Part shown: positions 10,446-21,474 of the stretch, piece after piece
How positions within the stretch are numbered: position 1 is the first letter of the stretch
How the letters are laid out: every line of letters begins with the position of its first letter
From: Lama guanicoe
Taxonomy: Eukaryota
Length of the DNA stretch: 27,601 bases
Assembly: GCA_013239625.1 (NCBI GenBank)
Contig: MU053881.1
Span: forward strand, 10,253,957 to 10,281,557
Direction: 5' to 3'
Position numbers and translations under genes: made by a program
The notes under the pieces: model-generated
What the model saw: the letters and a program-made list of their open reading frames with translations, nothing else
Told to the model about the DNA's origin: nothing
Databases searched by the model: none

Positions 10446-11656
10446 CTGAAACTATGGGTTCAGGATGGATGTCAAATTTAAGTTAAACTCTGCCAACAAA
10501 TCTTTCTTCCCTTTCTTGCTCGCTTTCGCTCTAGAGATTTAATTAACCTCAATTTATCATTAGCCCTCGCTCTTCCTCCTCTATGCAGTCTCATGCTGGA
10601 TGATGACTTGTGGTGACCACTGTAATGGTCAGGGACGTTTTAACAGTCAGACTGGTGTCTGCATCTCACACGGGCACCAGCCCACTCATACATCTTGTTA
10701 GAGTGAACTTGCCTGAGGACTTCATAGCTAGCATTGCTCATGGTATTTGTTCAAAAAACAATCATAGCTCATAATGGATATAATTAGATTTGTTTAATTT
10801 TCTCCAAAAAAAAAAAAATCTTTTGGCACAAAACTTTTTGAGGAGACGCTGAAAACTGCATCTCACTAGAAGCTGACGGTATTGGATACCAGCCCAGCCA
10901 GGTGTTCAGAGATGATCCCAAGCTGTCCTTTGATTCTGGAGGTGGGGAGAGGGTCATTCCACATTCCTGCAGGGCTGATTCTTGGCTTGCCTCTCCTACC
11001 TTCCCACTGCATGTTATCTAGCGATAATGGGTGGATGAGGCTTTTAAAAAACTATCTGACCCTCTTTGAACTCCAAAACTCTTTCCAAGACCTTAACAGG
11101 CTCACAGGGGGATCCAGAAACCAGCATTTATGTCAGTTCCTGATGTAAACCATCAATCTAGTAAGCAGATTGTACAAATTTCATCCATACACCCTGATAA
11201 AGCTTGATGAAAATGTCAGAATTGGAGTTTTGCTGATGAATGTAAGGAAAAGCGATGCAAAGGAAGGTATGGTGTATCCCTCCAGACCAATGTCACGACA
11301 ACAGAATGCTTCAGAAACAACAGGTATTTCTAAACCAATTTGTTAGTGAGAGATGGGGATGATGAGGCATGCCTCTAAACATAAAAATGAGATAATTACT
11401 ATATACAGTTAAATAAATCCATTTCAGAAAGGAAAAGTTAAAAATGCAAGCGTAATGTTTTTAGTGACTCACTGTCCAGGGAGCAAAAGCTTCTTCCAGT
11501 TAGAAAGTTTCTGAAAAACCATGAAGATTAGTTTAGATGGCTTCAAAGACTTGTTCAGTGGGAAAGAGTGAGAACAAGAAAGCATAACTATGGTTCAAAG
11601 ACTTGTTCCTCCAACATCCACCCATATCTCTCTGCCCACTTCTAGGAAAGACCTTC

Positions 11657-11666
11657 ATATATATAT

Positions 11667-11707
<41 letters not shown>
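11657..11707. repeat. (TA)n/(CA)16 compound microsatellite
   Basis: CA run at 11671-11702 flanked by TA runs. Confidence 0.98.
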
Positions 11708-12886
11708 GCAGAGATATTTGCAAACAAATATATAGGACCTCTTAGGCAATTATTAAACATGAAGTGCATGCTTATTGGTCTTGATACAACATTTGTTACA
11801 AATACTAAAATTTTTACAGTTTTCCATATACTGATAATTTCAGTAAACCAGTGTCCTTAAACATAATTTACTCTTTGACTTCATTTTTGTTACCACTTGC
11901 TAAAATTTAACTCTTAAAAGTGCCTATCATGTAGTACTTGTTCAAGATAATGTAATTCTTAAGAGTGATTAATCTATTACATCTTATTAACTTGCATTCA
12001 ACATTGTTTCAAAAACCTGAAAAAAGGCAAATAAAATGATTGCATAGGTGCCCCTCAACTTTCAAAAACATATTTTAATCCTGAAAAACAAATGCTCCCA
12101 TTCATTACACATTAACACATCTTGATACTTCCATATAATGGATTTGTTCTTGCACACATCAGTTGACAGTTACGAGCAATTTCACGGATGCCCCAATAGG
12201 CGAGCCGTTGGTTCAGTTCCAACATGATCACCACTTGTGTTTGTGTAACAATACCTGTGTCATCATTTGAATGCATTACTGTAATTTGGCCCTTGAAAGT
12301 GGTAACATGATAGGCCTCTTAGATGTGGTACAATTAAGAGAAGGATGGCGATCATTAGTTTATGCTGAGCGTAGAGACCACATGCACTTGTGACAGCAAA
12401 GAACAAAAGAAAAAATAAAAGTTCCTTTACGAAATACTAAACATGTGTCATCATAGGTTGTATGTCAAGGATGAGGTGCAATGGTAGTGTGACAAAACTT
12501 CCTTTAACTCCCAGGGTCTAGACCCTCCTTTATAACCTATGAACCTATGGTCCGACGTGTTGGGTTTTGAACGCATTTCCAAAGAGGCATCACGGACGTC
12601 AGTGACTGGCCGACCCCCACTAGCCCGCAACGCTTTTCCTGTTGTCTGTGCCTCCCTGCTTGGCAGGTGCTCACAGCCCCTTTATGGTATGCCAGGCTTG
12701 TACGGGGGCCAGTCACGCAATACTAGGATGCTTTTAGACATTCTGCTTAAAAACCAATTTCAAAATCTTAATGTTGGTAACATGGATTTTGGTTTTCTGA
12801 CAGATTAACTCAGTGCTCGCTATTTTGTCCAAGACCTGGACCTTGACTTGTGCTGTGTCCTCCTAAATACTCCCCTGAATGATACA

Positions 12887-13107
12887 CCGGGCTTGGCAAA
12901 CCGTGACAATCCTAACTGCAAATGCTTTCAGTTTTGTGGGCCAGAGGTCTTCTACTGCAACCCCTCAGCTCTACTGATGCAGCATGAAGGTACCAGAGAG
13001 AAGATGGAACTGAACAGATGTGCTGTGCTCCCATAGGATTTTGTTTCCAAAACAGGTGGCCGATGGTGGGTAGGATTTGGCACACAGGCTATGGTCTGCA
13101 GACCCCG
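12887..13107. mobile_element. MER58A-like hAT-Charlie MITE, near full length
   Basis: TIR-like ends 'ccgggcttggcaaac' and 'gtctgcagaccccg'; internal 'ttttgtgggcca...tgcaacccctcagctct...aaaacaggtggc...ggatttggcacacaggc' follows the recalled MER58A consensus. Confidence 0.85.
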
Positions 13108-13344
13108 TTAACAGTTAAGCTTTCTTGTTCTCACTCTTTCCCACTCAATGGTTTAACAGACACATCCCGTCAAGGCCCAGCTTTCGTGAGCACTAGGTGT
13201 CCCAGCTCTCATACTTGCTTCTGCTGGCAATAAACTTGCAACGCTCCGTGCCAGACATGGGGCAAATGAGAGCAATGTGCCTCAGATGGAACGAGGTGAA
13301 ATCCTTTTAATGCCTTTAATAACAATGGTAAACGTGGAAGCAGC

Positions 13345-13555
13345 AACTGTTTCCTGTGCGCTCTCATGTGCCCTACAGTCCGCTAAGCATCTTCCACCTC
13401 TTGTATTATTTCAGCTGCCCAACATTCTTCAGAAATAGATGTTATTCCAGCTACAGTTATAGATGAGACATCTGAGGCTTTCTAAATGTTACAGTTGGAA
13501 ACATGGTCAGAGGTGCGATTAGATTCCATGCCTGCCTTCTCTCAGGGGCCACGGC
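13345..13555 (-). mobile_element. MIR SINE, diverged
   Basis: 'gcgctctcatgtgccc...ctaagca...ttatagatgagacatctgaggct'. Confidence 0.65.
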
Positions 13556-13714
13556 AGGATCACAGCCCAGTTTTTCACGACCCCCTCTTCACCATCATCT
13601 TGCTGCAATGGTTCCAATTCCGATGAAAAGCTGCAGTTCTAAATAAGACACCTCAAATGTGGAATTTCATTTGATTCTTACAGAAATCCACATGTGGTCA
13701 ACAGGAGAAAATTC

Positions 13715-13862
13715 ATGACCTTTCACTTGAGGTGAGGAATGAGAATTCTGAGAATGTTTAGCGCGTTACTAAAGGCCAAAGAGCCAGTCAAGATCAGATT
13801 CAGAGAGAAAACCATGTCTTCCCACTTTTAAATCAAGGTTTTCCTCAACCACACCCTGCTGG
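13715..13862 (-). mobile_element. MIR SINE fragment, very diverged
   Basis: 'ggtgaggaatgagaattctgagaatgtttagcgcgttactaaaggcca...ccacaccctgctg' is collinear with the antisense MIR core and head. Confidence 0.45.
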
Positions 13863-15664
13863 ATTGTCAGATGCCTCTACTTCTGTTTGCAACTGGAGTT
13901 CAAACCTTCCTTCCCTTGTTGCCAAACCAAGGAGCTGGAGAGACAGCATCATGGTAAGAGGAGGACGTATCATTGTCACATTGCTCCCTTGCATTCATTC
14001 AGCCTGGCCATGCATTCTCACCCACGCTCAGAGATACAGACTACAAGGCAGCTCTGGAGTATATACAGGAAAACAACCACCATGAGCACTGCAACCAAGC
14101 AAAGTCGGTCTTGGGTCACAGCCACATTCCTGTTTTGAAACCAAATGACCCACAGCCCCCGGCCAAGCTTTCTTCTGAGAATGTGAAACTAGTGAGTATG
14201 TCACTGAGTAAATGGAGACAGAGAGCACAATTGTGGCTTTAATTCTAAGTGAATTATGATCTTCACAGAGCAATAATGTTGTCGTCTGATTACACAGCCC
14301 TTTGAATTTAAAACTGAGATTTGTCTGAAAGAAAGAACGCACAAGACGATGCATATTAAGCACAATTTAATATCTATGAGGTTCGGTTATCAGTTCTGCT
14401 AACTAGTACCAGACTCTCCCATTTAAATATAAAACGTGGAGACACATCCCTTTATTATTAATACCGTAATTGTTCTCTGGTATCTTCAAATCCATTATGT
14501 TTGATGGAAGTCTTACACAGTCAAGGACGTCTCCTTGCCATTTGCATTTTTTATTTTCTCAGCACATAAAAGCCCAGCAGAAAATGGGCCTTAATCCCTG
14601 ATGTGCCTCCCTGGATGCCTGGGGAAAAACAGCTAGGTGTGTCTCACTGTATGATAATGTTTACTCATTACACCTATTTTCATCAATAGTGATTGATTTT
14701 TTTTTTTTATAAAGTGAGGTGAGATCTTCTAATAAAATTTATGCTAGCTTAATCGACATGCTTTTAAGCTATTCTTTATTTCCCTTTAAAATTCAGGTTT
14801 TCTGAATAACAAAGCAGAAATTGTTCCAAAGAAGCAGTATTCAGCACATTTTAGTCTAAGGAGACGCATAATTAGTAAAATTTGCACACAGTATTTTAAA
14901 AGGTGATCAGATCTTTTCTCTCTGGTAAGTGCCAGCGAGAGAACATATTTGACCAGCTCACAGATGCTACAGTGTCTGAATAATTTCTTTCTAAAAAATT
15001 TCATTGAAAATAATGCACATGACTTGTTTATTATTATAAATGTAATCTCTAATACCTTCCCATTCATCAGGGTGGATTCACTTGGAGATGAATTTATATG
15101 CTACTTAAGTACCACAGATATTATCAAATGATGTCAGATTTAATTAGTAAAAAGCAGATTTTATAAGCATTGACCTTGGTTCAGGGGAAATGAAAAAAAA
15201 AAAAAAGAACCTGAAGATAAGGAGGTAACAATTGATGGATGGAACATTATTCTATTTGAGAAAACAAAAAATGGTAAAGCATTCAGAAATTGAATTCATG
15301 ACCTGCAAAACAAGATCAAATTAAAAACTGTCAGACTGGTGAAAAATCCCTAAATGTGTGAAGGCAGAACATTCTAGTTCTGAAATGTAAATGAGGATAG
15401 TTAGAAATGTTTCAACTGAAAGCTGGTTTCCCTATTGCAAGAAAGAGGAAAAAAGATTTAAAGGAGAAAATGTAGGTAAATATATCTGGGTTCTGAATTG
15501 GTGGTAATAGAAAGGAGATGAAGTGCTAACAATGTCATAAACTAGGTTAATGTTCACAAGGAAAATCATTCTCTACCTGTGTTATGTAAAAAGGATAGAC
15601 ATTCCCACTGGAAGAGTTCTAGGACATTTTAACTTGTGATTAAACAAAAGTGTAATATAATCTA

Positions 15665-15725
15665 CTACATTCATTGAACATTGTCTTGCATGTGGTAAAC
15701 ACTCAATAATGATTTATTGAAGAAG
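15665..15725 (+). mobile_element. L2/MIR shared 3' tail fragment
   Basis: 'gaacattgtcttgcatgtggtaaacactcaataatgatttattgaa'. Confidence 0.55.
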
Positions 15726-16259
15726 TGGAGGGATAGTAAACCACATTTGAAAGTGACCAGGAATAATAAAAGATAGTGTTAACTCATTTTCAGTAAACTG
15801 TGTAAGAGCAACAAATGATATTTTCCGATATTTGAGAGAAAAGTGGATACTAATATCACAATTATACTGTGGATTTTTATACTTACAGGAAATCCTAGTA
15901 CATTTTACATGAGCTATGATTTACCTCTGTGTACTCTAATGATAATAAAGAAGTAGGATTCTTAAAATATCATAAAGTAGTCCTAAGTATATAAACCACA
16001 ACTAAGAGGGCCAGTGACTTTAACTTACCAAGCCTCAAGAGACATGAACATAAAACAGACTCTTCACACGAGTGAATTTTAAGATGGGCAAAATTGGACT
16101 GAATATTGAGCTAATATTAGATAGTAGTGACAACAGTGCATTATATGTATAAAACACAATCATATTTTTAAACATCTCACATTTCATAATGTATCAGAGA
16201 GAAGGTAGTTATAAATCCATTAATCCAGCTGATGAATGAGAAGACTGAACTTTAAAAAA

Positions 16260-16665
16260 TTTCATTCAGTCACTCGTTTGACTAATGTTGACTGAACATT
16301 TACTATGTGCCAGGGTCTCTGCCAGATGCTTCAAATACAAAAGTGAGCCTTTCCCCACAAGGTGGTTTATACTACAGAAAAAGAAGGCCTTGGTAAAATA
16401 ATCAAGCAAAAGTCCATAAAACAGCAAACTGAGAAGCCTGCTAAAAGAAGACTGTCTCTAAAAAATTTTTCTTTGAATGAACAACTAATTCAGTTTGCAG
16501 ATCCAGATACCTCCCTGAGAAAGTACCGGTAACGCTGATAAGTGAAGGATGAGTCATACCTTATACAGTAAAGGAAAGAGGAGAGTAAAATGGAAGGGAA
16601 TAGTTGTCTAGGCAGATGAAAGAGCATGTGCAAAGGCCCTGTGGTAAGAGTCAGAGTAGCAAAAC
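16260..16665 (-). mobile_element. L2 LINE 3' ~400 bp
   Basis: Tail 'ttcattcagtcactc...ctgaacatttactatgtgccagg' and body 'ctaggcagatgaaagagcatgtgcaaaggccctgtgg'. Confidence 0.88.
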
Positions 16666-16689
16666 TCTAGGAAGTTCCTACTCATCCAC

Positions 16690-16965
16690 TGAAACCCACA
16701 TCAGATGCTATCTCTTTTGTCAGTTTTCCCAAGCTGCCCATATTTGATTTCCTACATGTTCCCTTGAAGCATTAAAATCACAATATTACAGCCCTTATCA
16801 TCCTCTAGTGGAATTATTATCTTAAATATTCTTTTTCTTGAACCATAACTCAACCTCCCGGCTTCACTTCTTAATTGTTCACTCAGCAATGTACAGTACA
16901 AGATAGAGCAAAGATAGGATCTAACTAAATACTTAGAAAAATCAGTGAATATACAGATGAATCCA
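16690..16965 (+). mobile_element. Possible highly diverged L2 3' end
   Basis: 'cagatgctatctcttttg...ttttccc', 'cagcccttatca', and the ending 'aggatctaactaaatactt...gtgaatatacagatgaat'. Confidence 0.4.
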
Positions 16966-17396
16966 GGACACACAAGAGAGGCCATCTTCACTTAAAATGC
17001 CAAATTAGGAAATAGCAAAAGGAAAAATTTTTTCTACCAAAATTTTAAGAAAGAGCATTTAAGAAGAATGTTTTTCAAGCAAATTAAAAACACAGGTGTT
17101 TAGAGGATAAGTACATAATATGCTAAACTGTTTGAAGGAACTAACCAAAGAAAATGGGATTTGGACAATGATTATTTTTTGCCTGAAAGGCAAAAACAAA
17201 TTTGTCTTGAAACTTTGAGAAACATATTTAAATATGATTTTCAAAATCCAAGATCTGGATTATTGTCTTATTCTCCTTCAGGATTGTGAGCAATTTATAA
17301 ATATTTTAGTAGGGCCTGAAAGACATGTTGATTTACCTTCCTTGTTAATAATTTACTGGGGAGTGTGATGCATCTTTCTCTCCTAGACATCACTGG

Positions 17397-17417
17397 GTTG
17401 TTGTTGTTGTTGTTGTT
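17397..17417. repeat. (GTT)n microsatellite, ~7 units
   Basis: Read directly. Confidence 0.9.
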
Positions 17418-18547
17418 TGTTTCTTTTCTTATATAACAAGGGAATTTACACCCAAAGTGGTAGAGAAAAATATAAATGTCCTAGATGACTGGAACACAGC
17501 TATCTTCTGTTTGCCCACTGAGGCTATGTTGGATATTGATTTTAGAATGTGTGGAGCAGTATTCTTTGTCTAACTATTGCTGCTCTTTTAGTTCTGTTTT
17601 AGTAAACAAGTCAATATTTCACAAATTAGATACCTCCCCTAAAATAGTTATCTTATGAAGCAGAAATGATGGAGTTCTGAGCTCCCAAAAGTATTCCGAC
17701 AATCTGATTAGTAAAGACTACTTGAGTTACTTAGTAAGAATTGAAGCTTTGATGTACTTAAATAAGATCTAATGGTCTCTGGGTGGTGCTGGCAAACTCA
17801 TAATCTACCACGTATGACATCCAACCAATGTTTTGCTTAGGAGGAAAATGACTTGGGGTTTGGGAGGCAAAAGAATATGTCTGCACACGTGTACCTATGT
17901 TGTATACGTGTGTATATGTCTGTGCACATGAATATGTAGTCTGAGAAACTGTATTCAATAATACAAGGCTATTTTATATTAAAACACTGCTTAAAGGCCT
18001 CTTACCTTCTCATTACAAATTACTTATAAATCAAATCTAACAAAAACACTCTTGGCCAATGGGGATCACAACTGAAGCAACATAGAAACTACCAGTCTGG
18101 TCTATGATTGGCAGTCACCAGCCAACAAATTAATGATGGAACAAATAAGTTTCATAAGCCATCCAAAAGCATCATTATGTCCTTTTCTGAACCCAATTTT
18201 ACTTTTTTGGCCAGCTGTGATCAGTTAGGCAGAAATGAAATTTAGAGATGAACTACATTTTGAATAACCTTATTAGTCCAATTAGAATACCAATGTTTAA
18301 AATTCACACACTCGAAATGATAATACAGAATAAACAAATAAACAAATGAAAAGAAAAAAATCATGTTTACACATAATGAAAATCAACCCACAGTGGAGTA
18401 AGCTGGAATATCCCAGGCACAAATAATGATTTTTGGAACAGCAAAAAGCAGGAGTATTTCAAATGAAAGAATTCCAGGTCAAAGTAGCTTAGAAAAACAT
18501 CTGGTTTCACAAATTGAAATCATTGGGAAAGTCAGAGGTGTAGATAG

Positions 18548-19087
18548 GGGAGAGGAGCAGAATTTGCCATCCTAAAATATGCCTCTTTGGCTTAAAGCTT
18601 ATTTTAGGCTGATTATTTTTGAGAGGCTACAGACACGGAACAAATTCTGAAGTTACTCTTTTGTGAGAGACATTTACATTCATAACGAACATCTCTATTT
18701 GTAAGGGTGTCCATTTCTGTACCAGGAAAAGGAGGGTGAGAAACTCTCATCAATGGAGAAGGCTACAATTTAAATCTGCACTACAACCAAACCCTTGTTT
18801 ATACTGTGCTTTTCCTGGTAACCTCCCATAAATGGCCTTTCTCCCACCCCTCAACCCCAGTATCTTTCTTTTTGTCTTCAGTTGAGGATGGTATTTAAGG
18901 TGATAGCTAGAGCCCTTTCAGAGAGTTACTCAGTTTTCCTGCACATGATCCCATGTATACAGGAGGAATACATGTTGTTAAACTTCTATTTGTTATTCTG
19001 TTAATGTATTTTTTTATTACAGGGTGTGGGGGCGTCTTAGCCAAGAAACTAGAAGGGAAGAGGAAGACTTACTTTTCCTCCTCTATG
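18548..19087 (+). mobile_element. Solo LTR, ERV1 class (MER34-like)
   Basis: 5' 'gagcagaatttgccatcctaaaatatgcctctttggc...tattttaggctg' and 3' 'aactagaagggaagaggaagacttacttttcctcctctatg' match recalled MER34A termini. TATA-like 'ggtatttaagg' at ~18890. Flanks atag/ctag are an imperfect 4-bp TSD. Confidence 0.85.
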
Positions 19088-19394
19088 CTAGGAATATTGC
19101 CAATAATGTCTCTTAGACCAATCCCCACTCCTGCTTCTTTCTGGGTGTCAAATGGTGATTGGGATTGGCTACCATCACTGGAGATATGCATAGTGTGACT
19201 AAACAGATAAATACTCCACAACTTACATGAGACGGATTGGATGTTATTTTTGTTATAATCCATATGCAAAAAAATTTACATAAATGTGATGATATTAAAA
19301 ATACTGTTCTATTATCCACTTTAATCCTTAACTGCCATTTGATGCCAGTACATAAAGGTCAAACCTATCTTTTTCTTAATGACTTCATAATATG

Positions 19395-19620
19395 AATTCA
19401 TAATATGTTCAGATCTGCTACTTACTAGCTGTTTAACTTTGAGCTGGTACTTAACATCTTTACAGCTCAGCTTCTTCATCCAAGAAATGGGGATAATTGT
19501 GGTACATATATAATTAGGATGTGGAGAGAATTAAGTGATATAACAAATGTAAAGTGCTTAATATATTGCTGACATAGTAAAAACTCAACAAAGATGATCT
19601 ACTTATTATTATTATTATTT
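19395..19620 (+). mobile_element. MIR SINE with (ATT)n tail
   Basis: 'tctgctacttactagctgt...cagcttcttcatccaagaaatggggataat...tgtaaagtgctta...gacatagtaaaaactcaacaaa'. Confidence 0.9.
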
Positions 19621-19639
19621 TATGAATTCTATATCAACA

Positions 19640-19865
19640 TATGTGAATTTTTCATCAGTATAAATGTTAGAATATTCTTATCTTTATCTTTGAATCCTTT
19701 CTTCCCCCTTCTTTAGGGTTAATTTCCAGAAATTGAATTAACAGATCAAAAGACTTACACATTTAAAATGTGGAGACATATTACTAGATGGTTCACCTGA
19801 AAGGTTGTATCAATTCATACAGCCATCTCTAGGGACATTTTTCCAAACTCTTAGCAGCATTAAAT
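19640..19865 (-). mobile_element. Ancient L1 (L1ME-like) ORF2 fragment
   Basis: 'tttagggttaatttccagaaattgaattaacagatcaaaag...gaaaggttgtatcaattcatacagcca...ttttccaaactcttagcagcatt'. Confidence 0.65.
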
Positions 19866-21254
19866 GTTTAGATGATTACAAGTTAGTCTGTTCTGAATTC
19901 TACCTTTGGTTTCAAAATAAATATTCTTTATGACCTGCTATCCTATAATGTTACAAATACTTAAAACAGAAATAAAATGGAAGTAAAATAGTGTTTGGGG
20001 ACTATAAAAAAAGAGTTTTCCAACTGTGAATCCTACTGCTGTTGATTAAGAGGGCGTCTGGGGAAGAGGTAAATAATTCTGGGGTGAGCAGCCTTAGCTG
20101 TTAAGTAGAAAATTCAGGAAAAAAGCCAAGTGTGTTTAACTTCCCACAATACATCACTTCAACCATCTGTGAGAAAGATAATGTTCTCTTAAAAGGAGAA
20201 ACAATTACTGAAAAAGGGGGTTTAGGAGAATAACTTGATACAAATTTCCTGTTCTTCAACTAGCTCTTTGTTGATGGGTTGCTAAGACATGTAAAAAGTA
20301 ACTAACTGATGTTTGAAACACTAATATTGAACAAAATAAAGATCCGTGAAATAAAATAAAATAATACTGCCAGTTATAACTTTCTCTGGGCACATAATGA
20401 AGTTTAAATACTACTTCCATCTTCTTTCATCAATGGATACATGGATAAACAGATAAATAAGAAAATTCTATCATCAATTTATTAATAAAATATTGTAACT
20501 TACATAAAAATGGCTTTCCTGAAAGAATGATTCTAAGTAGAATTATTTCTAAAATATTTGATTTTGGGGTGGGGAGGTTATTGTTCTTTTTTATTCCAGT
20601 TCCCCACAGATGAATATTCTTACAATTTTTTGACACATTTTTCTCTACAGTTTATCTTTATATTTAATAAATATCTAGGGCTATTATCTATATGGTAAAT
20701 ATTTAGGTTCCATCACTCACTTTATGGAAGCAGAACAATTTTCAAAAGAACTGTCTCCATGGCAGAAAAATCGACTATACAAAGAACAATACCAGAAATT
20801 ACAGGATCAAATATTTCAGCGAACACGTGCTCCAATTGTACATTAAAATTCGTTTCTGTCGTGGTGCTACAAACAACATTCTTGGAAAAAAAAATCACGA
20901 GAAACTTCAAATTATGGGAAGCATTTGGTTTGCAAGAACAAGTTTAAAAAAAAAATCCTGTGTAAAATTTCCTAGAAACACAGTTTATGTCCTCGCATGC
21001 TGAAAGGCGAGGGTTGTCCCAGGCAACAGCAGCTTTTGTTCCGCGTATCTGTCTTTCGGTGGATTCGTGGACCGTCTGCAATCAGTGTTGAAATGCAGGC
21101 TCCAGTGAAAACTGTGAGAAGCTGAGAAATGTTACATGCATAATTCATAGTTCCCTCATCACTGGATGGATGTGTGTGAAGACTCGGGGTTACACGGCTA
21201 CCCTAGTTCATTAAAAGTGTGAATCTGGACATATTCAACATTTTTTACTCATAT

Positions 21255-21418
21255 TAAAAATACATATATACATTTATATATTTTATGCATATATACATAT
21301 AAAATATATTTTATGTATATATTTATGAATATATTATATATTTGTATATATTATATAGGCACGAATATGTATATTATATATACACACACACACACACACA
21401 CACGTATATATACACGTA
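21255..21418. repeat. Degenerate (TA)n low-complexity tract ending in (CA)11
   Basis: Read directly. Confidence 0.95.
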
Positions 21419-21474
21419 TTTTTCATTAAAAGGAAGAACTTCTGGAAGAGTATTCTTACCTTAACACTCCCAAT

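Noticed and set aside
10590..10720. C/D-box snoRNA (ATGATGA...CTGA) or an EGF-like peptide (CGDHCNGQGRFNSQTGVC) after a good acceptor
   Set aside because: No terminal stem adjoins the C and D boxes; the peptide lacks the full EGF cysteine pattern and hits a stop before any credible donor.
17882..17914. 13-bp hairpin tgcacacgtgtac/gtatacgtgtgta as a pre-miRNA
   Set aside because: Self-complementarity comes from alternating purine-pyrimidine low complexity, and the stem is too short for Drosha processing.
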